Below, one piece after another: positions 11,801 through 24,293 of a stretch of 50,742 bases of DNA; within the stretch, counting starts at the first letter, position 1; every line of letters starts with the position of its first letter. The stretch spans positions 1,996,089 to 2,046,830 of the forward strand of contig BFEA01000012.1 of NCBI GenBank assembly GCA_003427395.1, given 5' to 3'. The stretch is from Chara braunii. Its lineage: Eukaryota > Plantae > Charophyceae. The notes under the pieces are model-generated. The model did not search any database. It was not told the DNA's origin and saw nothing but the letters and a program-made list of their open reading frames with translations. The translations under genes were made by a program, and so were the position numbers.

Positions 11801-12770
11801 AGTACCCCATACCACTTCTTAGAGGATGAGATATACAACACTTCAAGCAATACACCTGATCAATAATCATCTGAAAAACATCCTGTCATCCACGAAGATT
11901 GAGAAAGTATGAAGACAGGTGTGAGCGTGTATAATCTTAGGTTGGCGGTAGGCTGAAATTAATGACTTTTGCAGCGCGTCTCATCAAGTCAGAACTGAGG
12001 TTGTCCGACTAACATGTTGGCAGCATCAATATTATTTTCAATAACCAACTCCTTGTTGGGGGTTGTTTCATTGTTTTGTGGTGTTCGACCTGAGGCGGTC
12101 GGATTGTTTTTTAATCTTGTGTTATTGGATGTATGAGATGATGATTTGAATTCTTTCGATTATCATTGCAGATTGGATGTGCGTTCTATCGACTACGGTC
12201 GAATCCTTTTGATGTAATTATGTATGGTTGATATAATTTTCTTAGGACTATGTATCTGAGGAACTAGGATTGAGTGATGGGTTTCACGCTTGGTTGAAAC
12301 CGTCCTAGTCGACCGACGTCCGCTGCGTACTTAGGAGATCAACGCCATAAGGAACGGACGACGCTCGGGTCCGCTTGGCGTTAACCAAGCGTATCTATAC
12401 TATAGCGAACAAGCAAACGCCCTCGACTGACCTACCTCTGCAATTGCATCTAAAAACTTGCGCATGTGGGTCAGTAGCTCGGTAGGGATACGCCCCTAAG
12501 GGTGGTGACAGCCCCTTAGGGAAGGAAAGCTTATGCTCGATAGAAACCTATTCTGTCATAGGGGACTGCGGGATGTATAACTGGCGCACCCGGTTAGAGT
12601 GATGTAGGAACGACGCGACCACACCCATCTTGGCGGCTCGCGGGGTTATGGGTCGTCACAAGTTGTCGCTGTTTTTTTTTTTACTCCTGCGTAACATGGC
12701 CAGGAGGGCTCCCGCACCTTGCAAAAGAGGCGGGAGCCGATGCGCTCGACAGCGGGATAGTGGGATAGCG
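7393..12770 (+). mobile_element. Non-coding ~5.4 kb interspersed element, copy 1 (possibly a very long solo LTR or LARD-like element)
   Basis: It has colinear inverted homology blocks with 33680-34575 and 20880-24590, for example 12300-12590 vs 21010-21300, 11670-11830 vs 22190-22355, 11070-11170 vs 22800-22895 and 9582-9645 vs 23685-23750. It starts TGTCGGG in both copies and has a conserved TATAAAA at 9706. No ORF was recognised. Confidence 0.75.
8675..8845. repeat. (GA)n microsatellite
   Basis: Seen directly in the sequence. Confidence 0.95.
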
Positions 12771-12792
12771 AGCGAGCGAGCGTGCTCGCGCG

Positions 12793-12794
<2 letters not shown>

Positions 12795-12876
<82 letters not shown>

Positions 12877-13321
12877 NNNNNNNNNNNNNNNNNNNNNNNN
12901 NNNNNNNNNNNNNNNNNNNNNNNNNNNNNNNNNNNNNNNNNNNNNNNNNNNNNNNNNNNNNNNNNNNNNNNNNNNNNNNNNNNNNNNNNNNNNNNNNNNN
13001 NNNNNNNNNNNNNNNNNNNNNNNNNNNNNNNNNNNNNNNNNNNNNNNNNNNNNNNNNNNNNNNNNNNNNNNNNNNNNNNNNNNNNNNNNNNNNNNNNNNN
13101 NNNNNNNNNNNNNNNNNNNNNNNNNNNNNNNNNNNNNNNNNNNNNNNNNNNNNNNNNNNNNNNNNNNNNNNNNNNNNNNNNNNNNNNNNNNNNNNNNNNN
13201 NNNNNNNNNNNNNNNNNNNNNNNNNNNNNNNNNNNNNNNNNNNNNNNNNNNNNNNNNNNNNNNNNNNNNNNNNNNNNNNNNNNNNNNNNNNNNNNNNNNN
13301 NNNNNNNNNNNNNNNNNNNNN

Positions 13322-13397
<76 letters not shown>
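12795..13397. repeat. (GA)n microsatellite spanning an assembly gap
   Basis: Seen directly in the sequence. Confidence 0.9.
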
Positions 13398-13405
<8 letters not shown>

Positions 13406-15762
13406 GTTTTCCATCAATAGGATGAGCAACGCACTGCCGAACAGGCAAGTCTCCAACCACGTGTGACGTACCAACTTTTGTACCTAAACGATCTTCCAAA
13501 GCTCTGTGTTTTTGTTGTTCCTACTCTTTGGATCTCTCTTAGGTTTTTGGGGTACCCCTCTTTTTGCTGTCACCGTAATGCACGGAATTGCAGGTTAACC
13601 GCGCCTTCTCACGTCTAGGACGATGTTCTTCTTTTTTGACTTTTTTGCAATTTCTTTTTGGCAATCCATGCATCTACGTAGCTATTATACGCGCCTTAGC
13701 AAGCGCGCTAGGAATTTTGTTGGGCAGTTGGGAACTCAAAAAATTACGGGCGCTCCTCTCGCTGATGTGTTCTTTCTTGCAAGTGGATGTTCCTGCACTC
13801 GCCCTTGAAACTCTGTGAATGTTCAGTAATAAGTTAGATACACGTAGGATTTTTGCGCACTCAATTTTGCACGTTGATATTGCTTTTGAATTTTTCAATC
13901 TTGAATCAGAACTAGGATGAACAAAACGTAAGTGTTTCGGTGCCCTTTTTTTTTTAGTGCCAATGCCATGTATACAAGTTTCCCCTGCCTCCCGCTATGA
14001 TCCATGCCATCTTCACTCTTTTTTCTTCTCGCCTTCTCTCTGTTACCCGTAACTGTTTTCCATTCCCCCCCTCTCTCTTCACGTTTCTCCCCTTCCCCAA
14101 TCGTTCGAATCTTGGTCCCACATCACGCTACTCTATGCGCTCTTTTTCTTCCCACCTTCACCCCCACTCATAAACTCCCTAACGATCCCCTCCCCAGAGT
14201 GCTCGAAGCCTCAGACGATAGCGTGTAAGAGAGATACTCCACGTGCGTTGTAATCTGACTGACGACGAAAACTCGCGAGGATGGATATAGTTTTCCTCAG
14301 GCAATAAACTTGTACTTTCTTTCCCCCCCCTCCTATATCCGTCTCACCCTTCCCCGTCTTCCCTTCCCCTCTTCGCAACTATAAAACCCGCAAGCGCATT
14401 CGACAAATTCTCTCTCAACCCAATTCCCAGCTTCAGGGAAGTCGTGGCTAGCTGATGTATAGACGGTGAGTCGGTAAGTCCTGACGAGCTGACTGCAGTG
14501 TATGCAAGACTGTGTGCTGGGTAAGCACAACGAACTGCGGAATGTGGGCAAGCTGGTGCAAAAATTGAGTTGGTGGGGTGACGATCGGTGTCGGAGGTTG
14601 GTACGTGGCGCTCGGGATCATCAGTACCTGAGTAAGAAAGGGTGTACGTGTGTACGAGTGTTTGCATGGTCAGGGGCCATTATTAGAGAGCAGAAGGTCG
14701 GTGCGCCTTGATTTTCGGTTCTTCTTCTTCTGGTTCTTGAAAGTTAACTCCACGATGGATAGCCAGATGTTGTCCCTCTCAAGCTTGTTTGTATGATCAA
14801 AGTTCTCTCTTTTTTTCTTAGTCCCTTCTTTGGTCAAAATTATGATTTCGTCCTTGTTATCTCTCTCTCTCATTCTCGTTCTTTGCTTCAGTTCACTTCA
14901 TGGATGCTGAAAAGATCTAATGATTTTTTTATTCCGCTCATCCCTGTCAAATTCAATCAGACCATCGCGACTGTTCCCGTATAACGAGGAAACGCACGCG
15001 CATGTGAGTGGGATGTACGAGAAATTGTCACCAAGATCGGCAGGCGCTATTGTTTTCCTCTCTAAACAAAGTGCTCGGGATTCGTAGACCCTGGTTTTGT
15101 CATTATTGATACCCACTTTCTTTCGTACTCTTTATTATTACCTTTTAACTAACAGATTGACATCCCGTGGACGTCAATAACGCCTCATTGGCCCAACACT
15201 TTGTGTAGTGATTGCCGCCGCACCGAGTGTTATCAGGAAAAGAGGTTCCACTATCGGACACGTGGCAAACATGACTACAAGGTTAGAGCGACCCGATTGA
15301 GGTTGTCCATGTCGGATTCCGAACTTTGTAACGAGCGGCCTCAGGATTTAATTCGAAAACGAGATCCCAAGCGCGTACCCCCTCCTTTCCATTCAAAAAA
15401 ACGACGAGTAGCCCGCATGGAGGTTCAAAGATACTTTTTGGATTAGGTGAACGTTTGAAAGTAGCGTACACCATATCTTTTTCGTGCGACTATGGTCCTT
15501 TCTCACTAAAATTGGAATCACACATGGGGCTTTCAGTTCCGATTGTGGCCCCAGACTCGATATTCCCAAAATTTATGACAAACTCCATTTTGCTGTTCTT
15601 TCAGGGCTTATTCCACATAATTTACCACTCCGACCGAAAAACAGGACAGACTGTGAGGTTAGAACGTCACATCCGCAACTTGCCTCGCGCTACTTCCATC
15701 GATAGGATGAGCAAAATCGAATGAATCTACCGCCAAAACATGGAAATATACACTGCCACACT

Positions 15763-15780
15763 TGTGTGTGTGTGTATGTG

Positions 15781-15818
<38 letters not shown>

Positions 15819-15879
15819 TGTGTGTGTACTATGTGTGTGTGTGTGTGTTTGCGTGTGTGTGCGTGTGTGTGTTTGCGTA

Positions 15880-15934
<55 letters not shown>

Positions 15935-16529
15935 NNNNNNNNNNNNNNNNNNNNNNNNNNNNNNNNNNNNNNNNNNNNNNNNNNNNNNNNNNNNNNNNNN
16001 NNNNNNNNNNNNNNNNNNNNNNNNNNNNNNNNNNNNNNNNNNNNNNNNNNNNNNNNNNNNNNNNNNNNNNNNNNNNNNNNNNNNNNNNNNNNNNNNNNNN
16101 NNNNNNNNNNNNNNNNNNNNNNNNNNNNNNNNNNNNNNNNNNNNNNNNNNNNNNNNNNNNNNNNNNNNNNNNNNNNNNNNNNNNNNNNNNNNNNNNNNNN
16201 NNNNNNNNNNNNNNNNNNNNNNNNNNNNNNNNNNNNNNNNNNNNNNNNNNNNNNNNNNNNNNNNNNNNNNNNNNNNNNNNNNNNNNNNNNNNNNNNNNNN
16301 NNNNNNNNNNNNNNNNNNNNNNNNNNNNNNNNNNNNNNNNNNNNNNNNNNNNNNNNNNNNNNNNNNNNNNNNNNNNNNNNNNNNNNNNNNNNNNNNNNNN
16401 NNNNNNNNNNNNNNNNNNNNNNNNNNNNNNNNNNNNNNNNNNNNNNNNNNNNNNNNNNNNNNNNNNNNNNNNNNNNNNNNNNNNNNNNNNNNNNNNNNNN
16501 NNNNNNNNNNNNNNNNNNNNNNNNNNNNN

Positions 16530-16615
<86 letters not shown>
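15763..16615. repeat. (TG)n(GA)n microsatellite spanning an assembly gap
   Basis: Seen directly in the sequence. Confidence 0.9.
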
Positions 16616-16622
<7 letters not shown>

Positions 16623-17199
16623 TTCACAGAGTGTCGAGCAGGAGGATTTCAGGGATGGTGATGTGGCAAAAGAGGAGTTGGAGATGGGGAGCCTCACGAG
16701 GGAGGACGATGAATGAAGTTGCCGAACATGAAGGCAAATTACCCTGCCAACAGGCTTGGGTATTTCACAAAGTTGCCCACCCGGTATGAAGGGCAAACCG
16801 GGTAAAACAGGGTGCAGGCCCAGACCCCAATGGTGCGGTCCACATTGCAAATTTGCACATGGATTTGACAGGGGCAAAACGCAAAGAATTCAGTCAAAAA
16901 GGGCATTTCGCTCTACCCATATCTTTTAGGGGCATTTTGACATATATCTCAACTTATAGGGGTAGTTCGCAAATTATCGCAAAAATTATCTTCTTTTTTT
17001 TTTCACCTGCAAGTTTTTTTGGGGGGATAATTTGTAAAATATCGCTATAAGTTGAGATATATGCCAAATGCCCCTAAAAGATGTTGGTCCAAAGGCTAAT
17101 TCCTTCAGCACAACCAACTTGAAGGTGTTCGTCACACAACCTTTCGAAATGAGGCATTTTCCGAAATTTGTCAGATTGAATTCGAAAGGATGTTTGCGC

Positions 17200-20100
17200 A
17201 CTGTTTGATTTGATGCATGAGTTGAACCTTGTTGATCCCTATTGCGCGCTTAACCCGGAGGAAGCCGGGTAAACTTGGTATTCGAACATTAGGAAAGACA
17301 AAGGGGAAGTAACACGAAGAAGATTATACTACTACTTGGTTAGTAGCAACTTGTAGCAGGCGTTTACACATATCAGACAAGTCTCTCACTCAATGTCAGA
17401 TCATAAACCGGTACAAGCAGACTTTGTCATTGCGCAATCATAAGGAAGGGGAAAATGATACTTTAAGTTGAATATCAGAAACTTAGAAGATCTAGGGTTG
17501 GGTTAAGGAGTAAGGTAACTTACTATATGGAGGCTTGACACTCCGCAAGGGGCAACTTTGATACTATAGCAGATTGGCTAAACGAGGGTAAATCCATTAT
17601 TTCTAAAGTTCTGAATGTCTGCTCTAGAATTATGGTTAGGGAGAGAAATCGAGAGGAGGACCAATGTCGTAGGAGGGTGGAGGAAGCGGAAAGGAGGATG
17701 GAGCAACATCTATATCAGAATTAGTGTGGGTGAAAGAAAGAGAGCAAAAATTGGCAAACTGGGAAAAACTGCAAGATGAAAAACAATGGAGGTGGGAAGA
17801 AAACTTGAAGGTGAAAGAGATACTTCTGCAAGATAAGTTAACAATGGAAACTCTTAAGAGGTTACTGCCGAGTTACTCCTTTCATCAGTTGGTGCAACTG
17901 AATCACCCTTTTGACGCCTTTGGCCCCCCGGCTAATACTCCAAACGAGTTTTTGGATTACGATAAGCTTTTACTCTCACATCTTGACGACTATGCGACGT
18001 AGAGAAGACGAAGAGGCAGACCTATCTACAGAATTAGACATGTGGGAGGAGACTGAGGCCACCCTGACCACGTCATAGTGCTTAAAAACCATTTCGTAAA
18101 AACGAACATATTATATTTTTTGAACGAAATTAAAATTAAGTTTTTGGGTGAAATCTGGTCCAAAGTTTTGGCTCCTTGGGGTCCGGCGTTGACCCCTTAG
18201 ATGTATCTGGTCGCAGCTTGAGACTAGATACATCTAGGGGGTCTGGCGTTCTAGGAACGCCGGACCCCCAAGAGCCAAAGATTTGGACTGGATTTCGTCC
18301 CAAAAACTTAATTTTAATTTCATTCAAAAAATATAAAATATTCGTTTTGACGAAATGGCTATTGCTCGAACCTCGACAGACTGATTACTCTAGAGGAGTT
18401 GCAATATACGCTGACTGAAATGGCAACAGGTAAATGTCCAGGTAGGGACGGCCTAACGGTGGAGTTCTATCGAAGTTGTTGGGAGTCAATGGGCCGGATA
18501 TTGGTGGAGGTTTACAACAAGGTGCTGAAAGGGGAAAAGTTCGGGGATCTGATGATATTTGTTGTGATCTCAGTGATGTTTAAGATGAGGGACAAGACCT
18601 GCATAAGGAATTACCGACCTATTTCCGTATTGAACGTTAATTATAAGTTGTTGGCGACGACATTGGCGCTGCAATTGGGGAAGATGTTACCCAGACTGGT
18701 AGAGCAAGATCAAAGGGTCTTCGGACAGGGTAGATCTATCTTTGTAAATATCCTCATGACAATAGAGAGCATTGAGGTCATAAGAGATAAAAAATTGGAT
18801 GTGGTCATTCTCCTCTTGGACATGGAAAAGGTGTACGATAGGGTGTGTTGGCCATTCGTTATGACCACCTTGAGGAAGATGGGCTTTGGGCAGAGATTTT
18901 GCAGTTGGGTAGTAGCGATGTACATAATAGCGAGGTCTGCAGTCTAAGTCAATGGCCACTTGTTCAACTCCTTCCAACCGAAACGCTCACTCAGGCAAGG
19001 CTGTCCCTTAGCCCCTCTCCTATTTGTGCTGCAGTTGGGGATTCCATTTGAATCGGATTCGGAAACACCTCCATATTCGAGGTCTGCAACTCTCCTCCAA
19101 CAAAGAATGTAGGACGAACGCATTAGCAGATGATCTGTTCCTAGTGTCATAAAACTCTCTGGAGTCTTTAGGGGCGGTGAAGGAAGCTTTGATGAAACAT
19201 TCACAGTTGTCGGAGGCACTGGTAAACTGGAACAAGTCCGTCTACCTCCTCCCGATGAAATTTATCTTGAAGGTGGAATAGGGGATGCAGCGAGTGGACC
19301 CCGAGTTGGGAGAACAGTTCCTGGGGGTGCTAGTCAGTTACTAATATAATGGGGATGGCCCAGGGAATGATCCTGCAACAAAGGGTGGTGGCAAAACTCC
19401 AGATGTGGGGTACAACTTGACACCTTTCCCTGTTTGGTCAGGCTATGGTTATCAACGTAGCATTGTTATCGCTGATCTGGTTGATGGGATCGGTGAGAGA
19501 GATAGCTGCGTGCACCTTTCCAAAGATTATAAAACTGGCGATGAGATTCCTGTGGAAGCCACAGGCAAGCGGAGAGGAGGGTTTTATGAGTAAAGTGGCA
19601 TGAGAGTTAACTACCTTCCCGAGGGAGCAGGGAGGGCTGGGCCTGATCGATCCTCAACGAAAAAATCAGGCCCAACTGAGGAAATGGCTGACGAAGGTCG
19701 CCCTGACCGAAGTGAAGAAAAAATTGATATTGTTGGTTGAACGAACCCTAAACCTTAAGAGGCAGTGACAGTTAAGCAGAGGAGAGGACGTTTGAATCTG
19801 TTTTTTCATCGACTCCTTTATGCCAAGAAAACTCTACTCGGAATTCTGGGAAGCGGTGCGACGACCTGGATTAAGCAACCTCCGGATATCAGAGTTGGCC
19901 AACCTCTAAAGAAGAAGTTTTGACCCTGACATTGTTTGAGAACCCTTTTATCCAAAACAATGAAGGGTGAAATTTCTCTGCAGGTTCGAAATCAGCGGTG
20001 TTCGGTCGGTCCTGAATCACTGGCAAGAGGGGATTGATAAGGATAAATGATCCGTTGTCAGAGCTCTAGGGGACATGGAAACCACTTCAGGAAGTTCAGG

Positions 20101-20240
20101 CCCCCCTGCAGGGCTTGTTGAGAGTGGAATAACATTGGAGAGTGTTGTTACAAGCTAACCCAGATGAATGACAGACGTTGCTAGGCTCAGAAGGCCTAGA
20201 CCCCCCTAAGACCCGATATGCCCCAGGACAGGGATCCAAC
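17200..20240 (+). mobile_element. Degenerate, truncated L1/Tx1-like LINE ORF2 (end of APE endonuclease, RT and downstream region)
   Basis: Motifs seen are SDHKPV (~17396), GKCPGRDGLTVEFY, NYRPISVLNVNYK, LLDMEKVYDRV, SLRQGCPLAP (~18988) and ALADDL (~19120). There are many stops and frameshifts, and it is homologous to the LINE at 24591-33500. Confidence 0.93.
18089..18358. mobile_element. 270-bp foldback (MITE-like palindrome) inserted in the LINE
   Basis: CCATTTCG..AATTAAGTTTTTGGG..GGGGTCCGGCGTT..TAGATGTATCT pairs with AGATACATCTA..AACGCCGGACCCC..CCCAAAAACTTAATT..CGAAATGG. LINE coding homology resumes on both sides. Confidence 0.85.
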
Positions 20241-20319
20241 AAAAAAAAATCCTAAAATTAAATAATCATTCAATAGTAAATTTACATTTTAAATTTTAAA
20301 TTTTAATTCCATCTTAAAA

Positions 20320-20685
20320 AATGTCATTCCAATTTTTTTTATTATTTTTTTTACTTGAAAACTTTCCTTCAAAGAATGAGGTATCCCTTCTTATTTGAAC
20401 TGCATGTTAGAGATTGAATGAAAGTTTGAATAAATTTATGAAATATTTTAATTGGATTGTCATTCTAAGTAAGGATTTTCAGTCATAAATAGGTTAATCT
20501 AAGATAAATTAGAAGATATTTGTTGTAGTAGAATGAAAGTGTAATTAAAATATTTCATAAATTCGTCAAAACTTTCATTCCATCTTGAACAAATAGATGT
20601 AGTTGGAAGGAAAAACTCATATTTAGAAGAGAACTTATTAAATAAAATTGAAAATTTCGGAACTAGAGAAACATTGGAATGGTAA
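20320..20685. mobile_element. AT-rich degenerate foldback/MITE-like element
   Basis: GAATGAAAGTTTGAATAAATTTATGAAATATTTTAATT (~20416-20453) is inverted relative to AATTAAAATATTTCATAAATTCGTCAAAACTTTCATTC (~20543-20580). The outer arms are CATTCCAAT and ATTGGAATG. Confidence 0.65.
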
Positions 20686-23149
20686 TTTATAAATATGAAA
20701 GACTTTCTTTTTATGAAATGTCTTTGCAACTTTCATTTCTCGTGAGAATTTTTATGTTGTTCAACCAAGAGACGGTGTGGCAACTGCAAGGCCTGATTGA
20801 TAGTGGTTTCAGAAAGGTCCAGGAGTGACGCGTAGTGGATCACTCTGGTAACCTCTAACTGGTGGGAGATTGAGTAATCTCGCAATGACGGTGTCGAGTG
20901 CATCGTCCCCCGCGTGAGTGAGGGTCCTCCCGACCGCGTCACGCAGGAGAAACTTAGGAGACAACTCGGGGACGACACGGTAACCCACGTCGACCCTTCG
21001 CCGCTCCGGCCGAGTGCGCCAGCTGTACATCCCGCGGTCCCCTACGACAGGATAGGTTCTCGCGGGGCACAACTAACCTTCCCTAAGGGGCTGTCACCAC
21101 CCTTAGGGGCGTATCCCCGTCGAGCTACCGATCCACATGCGAAGGTTTTTATAATGCAATTGCAGAGGTAGGCCGACCGAGGGCGTTTGTTTGTTCGCAG
21201 TAGCATAGGTACGCATGGTTAAACGCCAGAGTGGATCCGAACGTCAGCCGTCCCTGAGGCGCTGATCTCCCAGGAATCAAACCGACGTCGGTCGACTAGG
21301 ACATAATATTCCAGGCGTAAGGAAAACTTCTAGTGATCGTAGTCCCTTCTTTCAAAGGCAATCAAAAAGTTAAACAGACAAAACACTTTCATGAGACGAT
21401 TCATGTCAACATAAATTGACTTATCTTCTGAAATCGATACAATCATACATGCTACAAAGGTTGACTTGACCTCAAACAACACTTATCGACAAAAGATCAA
21501 GGCATGACCTACACACAAGGCAATGCTCAAATGGCGTCTGACTAAAGTATCTTCACTCTGCCTGCCAGACGGTTGGCTGCCACAACTTTCTCGACTTGAT
21601 GAGACGCGTTGCCAAGTTCTGTCATTCCATACCACAGTGACTGCTAGCGAAGAAATGCCGACATCCCAATTCTCAAGTAAAGTTAGGTTGTCATTGGCTT
21701 TAATGATGATCACGCTTTTTCTCTATCTTTGATGTGAATGTCATTTGCAAGTGGTACGACTACCACTATACGAGTTAGTACTCGACTTGAACGACCGAAC
21801 ACTGAATGCCCCATTAAGGTCAAGGGTCCACCTTCAAATTTTGTTGGTCACTTTATCCTCCTGGGCAATAATTACTCTTTCTGTTCCACAAATGATCATG
21901 AGGTACGCGCCTTTGACATGAAGACATTCAATGCAATGCTCTAGCTACCTCTTCCTGTTCAACTAGCCTGATTGCCCCAGGCTTGCACTTCCTATGATGC
22001 AAACCTATCCTAGAAGGTAGTGCCTACACACACTCCGTCCATAACTAGTGAAAACACGAACTGGGCTTCTTGTGGCACCAGTCCCCCATCCGTTTGTGGC
22101 TCCTAAGACGGCCACTAGAAGGGTAAACTATAGCAGTTCTTCTTAACGTGAGCCGCTAAGAATTTAACGCCTTTCGTGAATAACACACGTCCATCCCCTA
22201 GGAGGTGGTCTGGGATACCCCTCGTCCTCGCCCGAACGAACCTCGGATCTTAGAAGTCGGGCTGACTCTACCACGACAGCATGGTACCCCCCCGCCTAAG
22301 CGGTCCACTCCGAGACGTTAACAGGGTCGGCCCCTAAGGCAACAAACCCCCGCCTTAGATGCCTCCTAGGGAAAGGGAATGCACTTACCACAGCAGACGG
22401 TCAACCCTTATCACCTGACGTTAAGGGCGAACCTAGACGAAGAAGGAGATCACAAAGAAGAAAAACATTCAGACAGACGGGCATAGATAGAGAGGGTCAT
22501 TCGGGAAAGAATGGGCAACCTCAGGGAAAGTCTATGTCCAATTGATTCCTTCTCCTTTGTGCATCACTTCGTTTCCCGTCGTCTTCTTTTCCCTTTAGTT
22601 CATACGCACATACAAGCACATAGATGAGAAAGCAACCATTCTTCCACCATTATCACCCTCATCCATCTCAGTCCACATGTCGTACCTGCAATCAAGTCAA
22701 GCCACACACAGACCACCATACAATCCTTTACCATCGTTAGCCTCCCCGTCACACATGCAAACACACATTTCTTTCTCCTTTTTAATGAATGTTCAGAAGA
22801 CCAGGGTCAAGCAAGTGTGGTTCATACAGCTGTGAAGGGAACTGAGTGAGGTTAACTGACCTTGAGTGAAATTGAGGAGACGGCCCACTCAAGAAGACCA
22901 TGTAAAATCGCACTCCAGAGAAGATCGCTGCAATAAGTTGTCAGAAAAGTGATCCACACCACTCCCTTACGACGACCACCTTCCATAACATAATCACTTC
23001 CCAATAGTCTGATGACGTTTCGGCGTCGTCGTCACACCATCCGCACCACCACGCCGTTGCTATCAATACTCGAGTGTGCTGTCACAAAATGTCCCTCAAA
23101 GTCAAGTCAAAACGGGCAACACCCCCTTGTCACCACTTAGAACGCACTG

Positions 23150-23320
23150 CTGTCGCCGCAAAAGTTCAGCAGCACCTCCGCGTCACCGCCAAAAAAAACA
23201 CCTGCCGCCGCACAATTTTGGCAGCGCTTCCGCATCACCACCAAAAAAACACAGCTGCCGCCACAAAATTTCGGCAGTGCTTCCGCGTCACCACCAAAAA
23301 AACAGTTGCTGCCGTGCCAA
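23150..23320. repeat. ~52-bp tandem repeat, 3 copies
   Basis: GCCGC.CAAAATTT.GGCAG.GCTTCCGC.TCACC.CCAAAAAAAC is repeated. Confidence 0.8.
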
Positions 23321-24196
23321 GCGGACAATACCTCCCCTACACACTTCTCAAAGTGCAGTGACAGCTATGACTGCCCTCACTCTCACGCTCCCTGCAGACC
23401 TCCAGCGCTCCTCTCTCTCTCCACCCCGCTGAGATGGCAACTATGGCTGTGTTCCACAGCTATGGCCACCTCCAGCAGTCCTCCCCTCTCTCTCTTGCAG
23501 ACCTCCACTCAACTCCTTCTCACTCCACCAGCAGCTCCTCCTCCAGTAGCCAGCATTCACCCAAGCGTAATGCCAGCAACACCAACCACAAATGAATGCT
23601 GGCTGGCTGGCTGCTGGCTGTTTTATAGCTGGCTGAAGGCCGAGGGCAGCTACTCTGCCCTCCAACCAAAACTCGGAGTCAGGCCTGGCCCTTGATCTCA
23701 AACGAGATCAAGGGCCGAGGAACTTGATATTCCCCTAGGGGAACCAAGTTCTAGGCCTTAGCAATGCATCCGGCCGCTACCCCCGGCCAGACGCAACTCT
23801 TAATGGCTGTATAGAGCCAAGTAGAGCAGACTGTTGAAGTTTAACAGTCTGCAGTCACCTCAGGGCCCAAAAGCTTCTACCCTCTGCATCTGACCTAAAC
23901 TCGAGGCCACGTACGTGGCTGTTACTCACCCTTTCTTTTCTTCCTCTTCCCTATTTTTTTTTATTTTTTTTTCTTTACTTTGTTCCCCCCCCCCTCTCAT
24001 TTTCTTGGCAAGGGCAACTTCGCCGTTCGAAACAAACGACCTCCCCTTTTACTTCTCAGGGGTACACTGGAAACAAGCCCAGTAAGGGCTTTTACCCTTC
24101 TTCACCGCGCGCCCGTACCTGGGCGCCATCAGTGCCAGGTTTGGGCACTCACTTGCAGCCTGTTCAACAAACGAACAGTCGCAGGTGAGTATTCGA

Positions 24197-24199
<3 letters not shown>

Positions 24200-24241
<42 letters not shown>
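24200..24241. repeat. (TC)n microsatellite
   Basis: Seen directly in the sequence. Confidence 0.95.
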
Positions 24242-24243
<2 letters not shown>

Positions 24244-24293
24244 GGTTGCGCAACGTATACATCCACCTTCGAGGGTGGATGCATTTGTTCCCT

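Larger units (their letters stand above)
6557..16980. mobile_element. Probable non-autonomous Mutator-like (MULE) element defined by a long TIR pair and carrying nested insertions
   Basis: The left end GGGATAATTTGTGAATACCCCTATAAGTT..TGCCCCTAAAAGAT..GTAGAGC..TTTGCG..TGCCCCTG (6557-6655) is the inverted homologue of 16865-16980. Further TIR copies lie at 6499-6545 and 17024-17082. No TSD or transposase was seen. Confidence 0.5.

Noticed and set aside
12630-16877. Long ORFs with RE/SL/HT/CV repeats (also at 4104-5709, 8570-9012 and 38597-38920)
   Set aside because: These are translations of microsatellites and N gaps, not genes.
23150-23320. Regularly spaced repeats as a CRISPR array
   Set aside because: These are contiguous tandem units without unique spacers, in a eukaryotic context with no cas genes.
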